Below are positions 38,654-50,462 of a stretch of DNA of 64,000 nt, piece by piece (the first letter of the stretch is position 1; every line of letters begins with the position of its first letter). The notes under the pieces are model-generated. The model had not been told where the DNA came from, did not search any database, and saw only the letters and a program-made list of their open reading frames with translations. Source of the stretch: an uncultured Clostridia bacterium (GTDB taxonomy: Bacteria > Bacillota > Clostridia > TANB77 > CAG-508); the NCBI GenBank assembly GCA_934133165.1, contig CAKPAW010000002.1, positions 4,417 through 68,416 of the forward strand, given 5' to 3'. The translations under genes and the position numbers were made by a program.

Positions 38654-39553
38654 ATGAAATATTATATTGACTTAGGGTCAAATGTTATTAAAATTTATAA
38701 ATGTGAAAATGAAAAAATAAGTTTAATAGAAGAAAAAGATATTCTTTTTCAAGAAAATTTTGACGAAGAAGAAGGTATATCAAGAAAAAAATATAGAGAA
38801 TTGATGATGTATTTAAAACAATTGGTAGATAATTATAGTTTAAATAAAGATACATGTAACATATATGCAACAGGAATTTGGAGAAAAATACCAAACGAAC
38901 AATTTGAAACTTTAAAAGCAGATTTTAATGATAAAGGACTTAAATTTAATATTATTTCTAAAGATGAAGAAAAATTTTATTTTGAAAAAGCTGTACAAGG
39001 AATATATGATAGTAAAAGAATTTTAATGGTTAATATAGGTTCAAAACAAACAGAACTGTTAGTATATGACAAAGCTAATATTGTAAACAGAAAAACACTG
39101 AATATAGGAGTCACTGAGATAGTAAACAATTTCCCAACAATAAATGAAAAATCAAATGATTTAAAGAAGGAAGATATTATAAATTATGTATTAGAAGTAA
39201 TAAACAAAGAAAATATAGATTTTTCATGCGATTGTGGTGTGTTTACAGGAGGAGAATTGAGATTTCAAAAACTTGTAAAATATAATTTAGTACCAAATGC
39301 AATGTTTAATGATAATATTCATGAATATATGATATCATTTAAAGATTTTGGAAAAAAGAACAAAGAATTGTTAAATAAAATTAGCCTACAAGATTTGTAT
39401 TTGCTCATGCCAAATAACAAAAGTTGGCTAGAAGGTTCAAAGGCAGCTGCTATTTTAGCAGAAGCAATATTTAAAAAGGCTAATGTAGAATACATAATTC
39501 CTTCAGATTTAAATATTATAAATGGAATAGCAAAACAAGAAAATAGGTATTAA
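38654..39553 (+). CDS. Ppx/GppA-like (ASKHA fold) phosphatase family protein
   Basis: 'YYIDLGSNVIKIY' resembles the Ppx/GppA N-terminal 'IDLGSNS'; start overlaps the upstream stop (ataaATG). Confidence 0.4.
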   Translation: MKYYIDLGSNVIKIYKCENEKISLIEEKDILFQENFDEEEGISRKKYRELMMYLKQLVDNYSLNKDTCNIYATGIWRKIPNEQFETLKADFNDKGLKFNIISKDEEKFYFEKAVQGIYDSKRILMVNIGSKQTELLVYDKANIVNRKTLNIGVTEIVNNFPTINEKSNDLKKEDIINYVLEVINKENIDFSCDCGVFTGGELRFQKLVKYNLVPNAMFNDNIHEYMISFKDFGKKNKELLNKISLQDLYLLMPNNKSWLEGSKAAAILAEAIFKKANVEYIIPSDLNIINGIAKQENRY

Positions 39554-39691
39554 AGAAGATAAAAACAAAAGCTTGATATATATAAAATAAATTATACAAA
39601 ATAAAATTATGCACTAGGACTTGCAATATCTTAAAAATATGATATAATAAACAAGCTAAATATTATGTGTAGCGTGAAAGGATGAAGAAAA

Positions 39692-40975
39692 ATGAGTATG
39701 AAAGTTGAAAAAACAGACAAAAAAAATGAAGTAAAATTAAGCTTTACAATTGAAGCTTCTAAATTTGAAGAAGCAATACAAAAAGTATATGTAAAAAGTG
39801 CAAAATATTTTAATATTCCAGGATTTAGAAAAGGAAAGGCACCATATAAAATAGTTGAAAAACAATATGGAGCACAAATATTCTATGAAGATGCTTTTAA
39901 TGAAATAGCAGGAGAAGTTTATGAAAAAGAATTAACAGATGCTAAAATAGAAGCAGTAAGCAGACCTGAAATAGACATTATCCAAATGGAAAAAGGAAAA
40001 GACTTAATTTTTACAGCAGTAGTACAAACTAAACCAGAAGTAACATTAGGAAAATATAAAGGTATAGAACTTAAAAAAGTAGAGTATAATGTAGAAGAAA
40101 AAGACATAGACCACGAAATAGGACATATGCAAGAAAGAAATGCAAGACTTGTAAATGTTGAAGATAGACCAGTTGAAAAAAATGACACAACAGTTATCGA
40201 TTTCGAAGGTTTTGTAGATGGTGTTGCATTTGAAGGTGGAAAAGCAGAAAATCACGAATTAGTAATAGGAAGTAACACATTTATTCCAGGATTTGAAGAC
40301 CAAATTATTGGTATGAAAATAGGAGAAGAAAAAGACATAAATGTAACATTCCCAGAAGAATACTTCTCTAAAGACTTAGCTGGAAAAGCTGCAGTATTCA
40401 AAGTAAAACTACATGAAATAAAGAAAAAAGAATTACCAGAAGTAGATGATGAATTTGCAAAAGATGTTAGCGAATTTGATACAATCAAAGAATTAAAAGC
40501 TTCTATAAAAGAAAAATTAGAAGAAGAAAATAAAAACAAAGCAAAATATGAAACAGAAGAAGAAGCAATAAAAACAGTATGTGATAATACAGAAATAGAC
40601 ATTCCATCAGGAATGGTAGAAACAGAAACAGACAATATGATAAAAGACATTGAACAAAGATTAATGTATCAAGGATTAAATTTTGCACAATATCTTCAAA
40701 TGATGGGTAAAACAGAAGAAGATATGAGAAAAGAAATGAAAGAACAAGCTGAAAGACAAGTAAAAACAAAACTTGTATTAGGAGCAATAGTTGAAGCAGA
40801 AAAAATAGAAGCAACAGACGAAGAAGTAAAAGCAAAATTAGAAGAAATGGCTACTATGTATGGAAAAGATGCAAAAGACTTAGAAGCAAATGAAAGCTTA
40901 AAAGCATACATTGCAGAATCTGTAAAAACAGAAAAAGCAATTAGTTTCATAGTAGATAACGCAAAAATAAAATAG
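39692..40975 (+). CDS. tig: trigger factor
   Basis: 427 aa; 'NIPGFRKGKAP' ribosome-binding motif, PPIase middle domain. Confidence 0.9.
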   Translation: MSMKVEKTDKKNEVKLSFTIEASKFEEAIQKVYVKSAKYFNIPGFRKGKAPYKIVEKQYGAQIFYEDAFNEIAGEVYEKELTDAKIEAVSRPEIDIIQMEKGKDLIFTAVVQTKPEVTLGKYKGIELKKVEYNVEEKDIDHEIGHMQERNARLVNVEDRPVEKNDTTVIDFEGFVDGVAFEGGKAENHELVIGSNTFIPGFEDQIIGMKIGEEKDINVTFPEEYFSKDLAGKAAVFKVKLHEIKKKELPEVDDEFAKDVSEFDTIKELKASIKEKLEEENKNKAKYETEEEAIKTVCDNTEIDIPSGMVETETDNMIKDIEQRLMYQGLNFAQYLQMMGKTEEDMRKEMKEQAERQVKTKLVLGAIVEAEKIEATDEEVKAKLEEMATMYGKDAKDLEANESLKAYIAESVKTEKAISFIVDNAKIK

Positions 40976-41182
40976 AAAAATAAATGGAGGAAAGTTAGGG
41001 GTAAAATTATTTTTAAAATAAGTAAAGTTTGCCACTAGCTTTTCTTACTTATTTAAACAATTCAGAGGAATAATATTAACCAGTTAATCATTAATTCATA
41101 AGGAAAATACTTTATCCAGGGAAAAAATGAAAGAAGGTTAAAATGTGTGTCCACTGACTTATATAAAAGGAGGAATTTTTAA

Positions 41183-41788
41183 ATGAACGAAAGAAATAGT
41201 TTAGTACCATATGTTATTGAACAAACAGCAAAAGGAGAAAGATCATACGATATTTATTCAAGATTATTAAAAGACAGAATTATATTTTTAGGAGAAGATG
41301 TTAATCCAACATCAGCAAGTTTAGTAATTGCACAATTATTATTCTTAGAATCAGAAGATCCAGATAAAGAAATATCTTTATATATAAATAGCCCAGGAGG
41401 TTCAATTTCAGACGGAATGGGAATAGTAGATACAATGAATTATATTAAATGCCCAGTATCTACAATATGTATTGGTATGGCTGCAAGCATGGGAGCAGTA
41501 TTACTAGCAGCAGGAGAAAAAGGAAGAAGATTTGCTACACCAAATGCAGAAATATTAATTCACCAACCACTAATAGGTGGAAACGGAATTTCAGGACAAA
41601 CAACTGAAATAAAAATTCATGCAGACCATATGATAAAAACAAGAGAAAAATTAAACAAATTCTTAAGTGCAAGAACAGGCCAATCTTTAGAAACAATTGA
41701 AAAAGATACAGAAAGAGATAACTATATGACAGCAGAAGAAGCATTAAAATATGGTTTAATAGATGGAATTATGGAGAAAAGAAGTTAA
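41183..41788 (+). CDS. clpP: ATP-dependent Clp protease proteolytic subunit
   Basis: 'IYINSPGGS', 'GMAASMGA', 'IHQPL' catalytic triad context. Confidence 0.9.
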   Translation: MNERNSLVPYVIEQTAKGERSYDIYSRLLKDRIIFLGEDVNPTSASLVIAQLLFLESEDPDKEISLYINSPGGSISDGMGIVDTMNYIKCPVSTICIGMAASMGAVLLAAGEKGRRFATPNAEILIHQPLIGGNGISGQTTEIKIHADHMIKTREKLNKFLSARTGQSLETIEKDTERDNYMTAEEALKYGLIDGIMEKRS

Positions 41789-41886
41789 AATAGAGAATTA
41801 ATGTATAACATTAAAAATAAAAATGAGATAAAGAAAAAGAAAGTTTTAAATAAAAAACTTTAAAGGTGAAGAAAAGGGAGAAAAAA

Positions 41887-43200
41887 ATGGCAAAAGGCGA
41901 AAAAAACATAAAATGTTCATTTTGTGGAAAATCACAAGATGCAGTAGAAAGAATAATAGCAGGACCAGGTGTGTTTATTTGCGATGAATGTATAAAAGTT
42001 TGTTCAAATATTTTAGAAGATGAATCTTTTGATGATAAGGAATTTAATTATACATTAAACAATGAAAAAGACAAATTACCAGCACCAGCAGAAATAAAAA
42101 AAGTTTTAGATAGCTATGTAATAGGTCAAGAAGACGCTAAAAAAACACTAGCTGTTGCAGTGTACAACCATTATAAACGTATATATAACCCACAAAAAAA
42201 TGATGATGACGTAGAAATTCAAAAAAGTAATGTTTTATTATTAGGACCAACAGGATGTGGAAAAACACTTCTTGCACAAACACTTGCAAGAATATTAAAA
42301 GTACCATTTGCAATAGCAGATGCTACAACATTAACAGAAGCAGGCTATGTTGGCGAAGATGTAGAAAACATTTTGTTAAAGCTAATTCAAAATGCAGACT
42401 ATGACATAGAAAAAGCAGAAAAAGGAATAGTATATATAGATGAAATAGACAAAATAACAAGAAAATCAGAAAATCCATCTATAACTAGAGATGTAAGTGG
42501 TGAAGGTGTACAACAAGCATTACTTAAAATAGTAGAAGGAACAATAGCATCTGTTCCACCACAAGGAGGAAGAAAGCATCCACACCAAGAGCTTTTACAA
42601 ATAAATACAGAAAATATACTATTTATTTGCGGAGGAGCATTTGAAGGGTTAGACAAAATTATAAATGAGCGTACAGGTAAAAAAGCAATAGGATTTGGAG
42701 CAAATGTTCAAAGTCAAAAAGAAATAGATAAATATAAAATTTATGAACAACTATTACCACAAGACTTATTAAAATTTGGTCTAATACCAGAATTTGTAGG
42801 AAGACTTCCAATAGTTGCAACTTTAAGAGAATTAGACAGAGAAGCACTTATAGATATAGTTACAAAACCAAAAAATGCTTTAGTAAAACAATACAAAAAA
42901 TTATTAGAATTAGACAATGTAGAACTAGAATTTGAAAAAGAAGCATTAGAAGTTATTGTAGATAAAGCAATAGAAAGAAAAACAGGTGCAAGAGGACTTC
43001 GTTCTATAATAGAGGAAATAATGAGAGATATTATGTTTGATATTCCATCAAATCCTAAAATAGAAAAATGCATAATAACAAAGGAAACAGTATTAGAAAA
43101 GAAAGCACCAACACTTATTATAAATGACAAAAAAGAGGTTATAAAAAGTGGGGAAAAGCCACAAAGAAAAAATACAAATAAAAAAATAGAAACAGCATAA
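41887..43200 (+). CDS. clpX: ATP-dependent Clp protease ATP-binding subunit ClpX
   Basis: zinc-binding 'CSFCGK...CDEC', Walker A 'GPTGCGKT'; RBS 'gggag' 8 nt before the ATG at 41887. Confidence 0.9.
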   Translation: MAKGEKNIKCSFCGKSQDAVERIIAGPGVFICDECIKVCSNILEDESFDDKEFNYTLNNEKDKLPAPAEIKKVLDSYVIGQEDAKKTLAVAVYNHYKRIYNPQKNDDDVEIQKSNVLLLGPTGCGKTLLAQTLARILKVPFAIADATTLTEAGYVGEDVENILLKLIQNADYDIEKAEKGIVYIDEIDKITRKSENPSITRDVSGEGVQQALLKIVEGTIASVPPQGGRKHPHQELLQINTENILFICGGAFEGLDKIINERTGKKAIGFGANVQSQKEIDKYKIYEQLLPQDLLKFGLIPEFVGRLPIVATLRELDREALIDIVTKPKNALVKQYKKLLELDNVELEFEKEALEVIVDKAIERKTGARGLRSIIEEIMRDIMFDIPSNPKIEKCIITKETVLEKKAPTLIINDKKEVIKSGEKPQRKNTNKKIETA

Positions 43201-43224
43201 AAGGAGTTAAACACTCCTTTTTTT

Positions 43225-43302
43225 CTATATTAGATAAATACGGCGAGCTTAAGATTTCATTATAATTTACATTTGATAGAAAATCTTAAGTTTGCTTTTT
43301 TG
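43225..43302 (+). repeat. terminator-containing repeat family 3, copy 1 (…aaatacggcgagcttaagatttcattataatttacatttgatagaaaatcttaagtttgctttttt)
   Basis: ~80% identical to 58134-58197; conserved loop 'atttgatagaaaatctta'. Confidence 0.65.
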
Positions 43303-43391
43303 TAGTTTAAATTCTATTTAAATTGTAATTTTTTTGACAAGTTATCAAATTTTATTGTATAATGTTTAATATAAAAAGGGGAAAATTAAAT

Positions 43392-44423
43392 ATGAATAAT
43401 GAAATTACAATAAAGGAAATAACTCAAAAAGTAGAAAAATCTTCAACAAATTTTGAAAAAACAAATACAGACTTAAAAAGAAAATATTTATTATGGAATA
43501 TAGAGGCTTTTAATATTGTTGCATCAAAAATAAGTGCTAATAGAGGTACTTTTGGAACAGGATATCCATTTTATGCATTAGACGAAAATTTGGATGGAAA
43601 ATTACCTATTATAGAAGAACAAATTAGGTATAACAGACAATTAGTCAGAAATGGGGAAACTGTTCAAAAGTCTATATGGGAATGTAAAAGATGTTTAGAA
43701 GAAAAATATGCTAATATGCCAGATTTAAAAAGAATTTGTAAACCATGCCCTAATATGTTAGATGAATTAAAACCTAGAAAGATTATAAATAGATTACCGG
43801 ATATTGATATGTGGATAATTTGTGAGGATGGAAAAATAGATGAAGTAGAAGATCAACTACAAAAATTATTAGAATGTTTTAATATGCAACCATCTGATAT
43901 AGATCCTTTTTCAGCAATAGAAAATGTAGAAGAAATATCGAAAGATTTAGAGGAAGGAAGAGTACCTAAAAATTTTCTACCAATGGATGTACACATAATG
44001 GAATATTCTAAAATGGAAGAATTGATAAAGGAAGTTCCAGGAGTATTAAGAATAGCAAAGCAAGAAGAAAAAATTCCATATTTGCCAATACATCCAAAAT
44101 CTTATAGAAAAACTTGGCAATATGATGATGAGGCATACAATTTTATTTATGATTATCTTTCAGCACTTACACCATTCAACTTTGAAAAAGAATTACAAAC
44201 AACTTTAGATGATAGTAAAAGACAAGTAATTAGAGAAAATACAAAAGAAGAATTATTAGACTTTTTACTAAAATCGGCAACTAAAGCAAACTTTAGAAGG
44301 TTTCAGTCATTGGAATTAGAAGAAATTTTCTTAAAAAAAGTTGAAAATTGGGCAAAAACTGGAAGAGATGGGATACAAAAAATAAAAGAAATTTTGGGAG
44401 AAGAATACCAATTAGAAATATAA
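43392..44423 (+). CDS. hypothetical protein with CxxC...CxxC motif
   Basis: 343 aa; 'CKRCLEEKYANMPDLKRICKPCPNM'; no family recognised. Confidence 0.4.
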   Translation: MNNEITIKEITQKVEKSSTNFEKTNTDLKRKYLLWNIEAFNIVASKISANRGTFGTGYPFYALDENLDGKLPIIEEQIRYNRQLVRNGETVQKSIWECKRCLEEKYANMPDLKRICKPCPNMLDELKPRKIINRLPDIDMWIICEDGKIDEVEDQLQKLLECFNMQPSDIDPFSAIENVEEISKDLEEGRVPKNFLPMDVHIMEYSKMEELIKEVPGVLRIAKQEEKIPYLPIHPKSYRKTWQYDDEAYNFIYDYLSALTPFNFEKELQTTLDDSKRQVIRENTKEELLDFLLKSATKANFRRFQSLELEEIFLKKVENWAKTGRDGIQKIKEILGEEYQLEI

Positions 44424-44448
44424 TAAAAACGAGAAAAGGGGAAAATAT

Positions 44449-45342
44449 ATGTCAAAAAAGATAGATTTACATATTCATACAACAATGTCAGATGGATTTT
44501 TAACACCAAAAGAAGTAATAGATGAAGCAAAAAAAAATGGAGTTTATGCAATTTCTATTGCAGATCATGATACAATAGAAGCATACAATGAAGAATTATT
44601 TAATTATGCAAAAAGTAAAAACGTAAAATTAATTAACGCAGTAGAAATATCAACTAAAAGTAAAAAAGCAGGGATTCATGTACTAGGGTATAATTTTGAT
44701 TTAAATGATAAGAAGTTCCAAGAAAGATTATATAAAATAAGAAATGCAAGACATGATTATTTGTATAATGTTGGTAAAAAATTAAATGAGTTAGGTTATA
44801 TTTTAAATGTAGAAGAATTAGACAAAATAGATGCTGTAACAAAGGCACATATTGCACTAGATGTTATAAATAATGAAAGAAATAAAGAATTATTATTAAA
44901 AACATTTAATCATATTCCAAGCAAAGGCGAATTTATAGAAACAATTATGAATGAAAATTGTCCTGCTTATGTAAAAAAGGAATCAGTAACACCAAAAGAA
45001 GCTGCACAAATTATAAGAGAAGCTAATGGGAAAGTTGTATTAGCACATCCAGTAGCATATATTCACGAAGATAATTTAACAGATGAAGATATTTTAGAAA
45101 TAATAAAAGATATGAAACCAGATGGATTAGAAGCAAACTATCTATATGTAGACAGATATGATAATAAAATTAATGAAGTAGAAAAATGGAATAAATTTGC
45201 AAAAGAAAATAATTTATTTGTGACGATAGGCTCTGATTTTCATAACAAAGATGGACTTAGACCAGAAATTGGTTTTGTAAATACTGATTTTATTTTAGAA
45301 GACAAAATAGTTGATGAAATATTAATTAATTTGAATAAATAG
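44449..45342 (+). CDS. PHP-domain metal-dependent phosphoesterase
   Basis: 'KIDLHIHTTMSDG...ISIADHDT' PHP motifs. Confidence 0.6.
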   Translation: MSKKIDLHIHTTMSDGFLTPKEVIDEAKKNGVYAISIADHDTIEAYNEELFNYAKSKNVKLINAVEISTKSKKAGIHVLGYNFDLNDKKFQERLYKIRNARHDYLYNVGKKLNELGYILNVEELDKIDAVTKAHIALDVINNERNKELLLKTFNHIPSKGEFIETIMNENCPAYVKKESVTPKEAAQIIREANGKVVLAHPVAYIHEDNLTDEDILEIIKDMKPDGLEANYLYVDRYDNKINEVEKWNKFAKENNLFVTIGSDFHNKDGLRPEIGFVNTDFILEDKIVDEILINLNK

Positions 45343-45451
45343 AAAGTATTAATATTAATTATTGATGTAGATTTTTAGCATATAAAGCTTTATTTTTGAA
45401 ATAATGTATGCAAAAATCTACATTTGTGTTTAAAATAAGGAAGAGAAGAAA

Positions 45452-46186
45452 ATGAACTATATACTAAAAATAAAAGATGCAGAAATTCCACTTAATATAC
45501 AAAATTATAAGAAAGCTAAAAGTATAAAACTATATTTTAAAGAAGGAATATTAAAAGTAACAAAATCACCTTACGTACCTAAAAGAGAAGTAGATAAATT
45601 AATTAAAAACAATGAAGAAAAAATTTATGAAGAATACAAAAAAATTGAGAAGAAAAAGCGTCTAAATAATGTAAGGTGGAAAACCGGTGATACTATTTTA
45701 TATAAAGGTGAAGAATATAGCATAAATAAGAATTATTATGAAAAAAATAGTGTAAGAATAAATATAAATGAAGAATCAAAAATATTTGAAATACAACTTT
45801 CTCTTGCAATAAAAGAAACCGAAGAAGAGAAAAAGTATATTTTAAATGCAATAAGAAAATTATTTAAAAATAATACAGAAGCAATTTTACAAGAGAGGCT
45901 GCCATACTGGAGTAATATAACTAAAATTAATTATGCAAGTGTTAATGTAAAAGATGCCAAAACAAGATATGGAAGTTGTGTGCCATCTAAAAAGGCACTT
46001 CATTTTAGTAGTAGATTAGTAATGCTTCCAAAAGAGGCTATAGATGCAGTAATTGTACATGAACTATGCCATATTGTTCATCCAAACCATAGCAAAAAAT
46101 TTTATGAATTAATAGAAAAATATATTCCAAATTACAAACAAATAGATAAGTATTTAAAGAAAAATGGCAAACTAATTACCATATAA
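45452..46186 (+). CDS. YgjP/DUF45-family (M48-like) metal-dependent hydrolase
   Basis: 'HELCHIVHPNHSKKFY' HExxH motif context typical of DUF45. Confidence 0.6.
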   Translation: MNYILKIKDAEIPLNIQNYKKAKSIKLYFKEGILKVTKSPYVPKREVDKLIKNNEEKIYEEYKKIEKKKRLNNVRWKTGDTILYKGEEYSINKNYYEKNSVRININEESKIFEIQLSLAIKETEEEKKYILNAIRKLFKNNTEAILQERLPYWSNITKINYASVNVKDAKTRYGSCVPSKKALHFSSRLVMLPKEAIDAVIVHELCHIVHPNHSKKFYELIEKYIPNYKQIDKYLKKNGKLITI

Positions 46187-46214
46187 TAAAAAGTAAATTA
46201 AGTGGAGTTAATAA

Positions 46215-47156
46215 ATGAAAAAAATAGATGAAAAAGAATTACATGAATTATTTGAAAAAATGAGACAAACGGATTTAAAAGCATATGAAGAATTGTATAA
46301 AAAATATTATAATTTGGTACATAATATTGCATTTTCCGTTTTAAAAAATTACGAAAATGCAGAGGATATAGCACAAAATGTGTTTGTTAAAATTGGTAAT
46401 TTAGAACAAGAAAAATTGCCCAAAAATTATGAAGCAAGTTGGCTATATACAGTTACAAAAAATGAATGTATCTCATTTATTAGAAGAAATAAAGAAACTA
46501 GCTCAATAGAAAATAGAATAGAAAACGAAAATGAAAAAAATGAAATAGAAACTGTAATTCAAAATAGTTCATACCAGAATTTATTAGAAAGCTTAGAGCA
46601 AGTAGAAAAACAAATTATATTTCTAAAAATAGAAGCGGGATATTCATTTAAAGAAATTTCAAAATTATTAAAAATGCCTATGGGGACAGTACAATGGAAG
46701 TATTATAAATCTTTAAATTCGCTAAAATTGTTAATTGGTAATTTATCAATGTTTATTCTAGGAACAATTACATGTATATTAAATAAAAAACAAATTAGAA
46801 AAGCAACTATAAATAATACTGAAAAAGCAGAACAAAGGGAAAAAGAAAATGTCACTCAAAATAATAATATGAAAGAAGAAAATCAAAAGAATTATGATAC
46901 TGAACAAGATAGTATAGAAAATAATTCAAAACAAGAAGAAACATCAACAAATATAATATCAGAAAACAATGGACAAGAAGAAATAAAACAAGGAGAGCAA
47001 ACTATAATAGGAACTGAATTAGTAGAAAATAGAATAGTGCCAAGAGATATAATTTTATATGGACTAACAAGCGTATTTTTATTTTTTACAATATTTTTCA
47101 CAATTATTAGTATAAAAAACCAACAAAGCAGAAAGGAAAAAACGTCTAAAAGGTAA
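46215..47156 (+). CDS. sigma-70 family (ECF-like) sigma factor fused to two C-terminal TM helices (membrane-tethered sigma factor)
   Basis: region 2 'DIAQNVFVKI...WLYTVTKNECISFIRR', region 4 'GYSFKEISKLLKMPMGTVQWKYYKSL'; TM helices at ~183-203 and ~285-305 separated by an acidic low-complexity linker. Confidence 0.55.
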   Translation: MKKIDEKELHELFEKMRQTDLKAYEELYKKYYNLVHNIAFSVLKNYENAEDIAQNVFVKIGNLEQEKLPKNYEASWLYTVTKNECISFIRRNKETSSIENRIENENEKNEIETVIQNSSYQNLLESLEQVEKQIIFLKIEAGYSFKEISKLLKMPMGTVQWKYYKSLNSLKLLIGNLSMFILGTITCILNKKQIRKATINNTEKAEQREKENVTQNNNMKEENQKNYDTEQDSIENNSKQEETSTNIISENNGQEEIKQGEQTIIGTELVENRIVPRDIILYGLTSVFLFFTIFFTIISIKNQQSRKEKTSKR

Positions 47157-47177
47157 GAAAGGTAAAGGTGATTACTA

Positions 47178-48086
47178 ATGAATAAAAAGAAAATAGGAAT
47201 TATAATAGGCATTGCAATTTTACTTGTAGTATTAACAATAGGAACTTTATATATTATAGACTTGAATAGAATGAAAAATAATGAACCAGTATTTTTTAGT
47301 ACATGGGGTTTTAAATATAATCCTACTATAAAAGATGTAAAAGAAGACTTAGCAAAGAAAGATACAAATGAACATACTTTTTTAGGAAAAGTTATAAATA
47401 GTATTGGAATTTATGAACAAGTATGTTGGGCAGTAGAAGTACCAGGCGATATTCAGATTACAATAGAACCTTTAGATGGGGAAGAAATTAGGAAAAGTTC
47501 AGATAAAATAGTAACATCTTTAAAAGAATATGATGGAAATAATTACGAAGTAGGAACAATTGTAAAAGTAACATATACAGGAGAAGTATTAGAAACATAT
47601 CCTGCCAGAGTAAATTGCACAAAAATAGAAGAAGTAAAAAATTACACAATAGAAATGTATAAGAAGATTTTAGATGATTTAATAAATCAAGATTCAGTAA
47701 TAAATGAAGATGCAAAATTTATAGCAATAGATTTTACAAAATTTTTAGCATATCATAAAGATAGATATGATGGAAGTTCACAATTAAGAAGTTTATCTCC
47801 AAATGAAAAGAAAGCATTATTAGAGTATTGTAAAAAGTACAATGAAAATGTGATAGAGGCAACAATGGAAGAACTAAAAGAAAAAGGCTATTTTGATCAA
47901 AAAAATCTATATTTACAAGGAATACTAATTACAGCAACAGATATAGAAAAAATAGAATTTGATAAAGCAGTATTAAGCCTTGAAAAATACAGAGGAGGTC
48001 TAGCAGCAGTATTTCCTAAATATGAATTAACTTTAGTAGATAATGACTATTGGGACTTAAAAGTATTATCAATGGCAATTTCATAA
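47178..48086 (+). CDS. membrane-anchored extracytoplasmic protein (hypothetical; candidate partner of the tethered sigma factor)
   Basis: N-terminal signal anchor 'IGIIIGIAILLVVLTIGTLYII'; no family recognised. Confidence 0.35.
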   Translation: MNKKKIGIIIGIAILLVVLTIGTLYIIDLNRMKNNEPVFFSTWGFKYNPTIKDVKEDLAKKDTNEHTFLGKVINSIGIYEQVCWAVEVPGDIQITIEPLDGEEIRKSSDKIVTSLKEYDGNNYEVGTIVKVTYTGEVLETYPARVNCTKIEEVKNYTIEMYKKILDDLINQDSVINEDAKFIAIDFTKFLAYHKDRYDGSSQLRSLSPNEKKALLEYCKKYNENVIEATMEELKEKGYFDQKNLYLQGILITATDIEKIEFDKAVLSLEKYRGGLAAVFPKYELTLVDNDYWDLKVLSMAIS

Positions 48087-48165
48087 AGGATGCTTTATAA
48101 TATTTAAATTAAAACATACAAAACCCTGCCACTTTTTTAGTAGCAGAGTTTTGTATGAATGCAAA

Positions 48166-48546
48166 TTAATACACTTTCAAAGATTTAATAACAATATTGA
48201 GATCTGCGAAAGTTTTCTTAACAAATATGTCAGTTGTATCAATCCATGCATCTTCTCCCATGCTGCCGATTGCCAGAACACAACCGTCATCTCCGAAAAT
48301 AACAGCAACTTTATCGCCATCATAAATATGAGCTTCTTTGAAATTCTCTTTAAGCTGATTGCAGAAAATTTCGCCTTCCTCTTTGGTGTCTCCAACCTTA
48401 ATAAAAGGAAGATTTCTAAAAGAAAAAGTAGAAGTGTCTTCGAACATAATGTCCCAAACATAATAACAATGATGTTCAGAGTAGTACGGAGGCTTTTCTA
48501 AGCCTTTAATCCGAGCTGTTGCAATGTTAACTTCCTGAAAATTCAT
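48166..48546 (-). CDS. hypothetical protein (126 aa) in a locally higher-GC segment
   Basis: strong RBS 'aggagga' on the minus strand; GC visibly ~38-40% vs ~27% background; palindrome TTCGTATAGCTACGAA in its upstream region (48590-48605). Confidence 0.45.
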   Translation of the reverse strand: MNFQEVNIATARIKGLEKPPYYSEHHCYYVWDIMFEDTSTFSFRNLPFIKVGDTKEEGEIFCNQLKENFKEAHIYDGDKVAVIFGDDGCVLAIGSMGEDAWIDTTDIFVKKTFADLNIVIKSLKVY

Positions 48547-48828
48547 ATTAATTCCTCCTAACAATTGTTTTATGAGAATTTAACAACTTGCTATTCTTTT
48601 TATAGTTCGTATAGCTACGAATAATTACAATTATAATTATATCATGATTTACATAATTTTTCAACGAATTTGGCTAATTTATATTATTAAACAAATGTGT
48701 TTTACAAGCTTCTTTTTCTGTATTTAAATTATCTTTCTTTAATTTTTCTAATACTACCTTTCATAAAAGTAGGGTTTATTATAGAAAATTCACATTACTT
48801 GTATCTATAGTTCAAATGGATTTGTTAT

Positions 48829-48903
48829 TGGCTGGGGTACTGTGATTCGAACACAGGAATGTCGGAGTCAGAGTCCGATGCCTTACCGCTTGGCGATACC
48901 CCA
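48829..48903 (-). tRNA. tRNA-Gln (anticodon CUG)
   Basis: reverse complement TGGGGTATCGCCAAGCGGTAAGGCATCGGACTCTGACTCCGACATTCCTGTGTTCGAATCACAGTACCCCAGCCA; U1:A72 typical of tRNA-Gln. Confidence 0.85.
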
Positions 48904-49088
48904 ATAAATATAAAATTAATAGTCACGAATAAATTTACTTACCAGCGACTTAATTTATAATAACACATCAAACAAAAAAGTTCAAGATAAATTGTCTAAT
49001 AACCAAAAGTAAAAATTGAATTTCTAAAATTTTACATTTCTTTTGAATATAATAATACCAAATGTGAATAATATTTCTAAGGAGGTAA

Positions 49089-50363
<1,275 letters not shown>

Positions 50364-50462
50364 AGGACATTTGGGGACGGGTCACTTTTGTCCTTTGTGT
50401 AATTTAGATAGAATAAAATAAAAACATATCAATTTTTATTGATATGTTTTTTATCTATTTAA

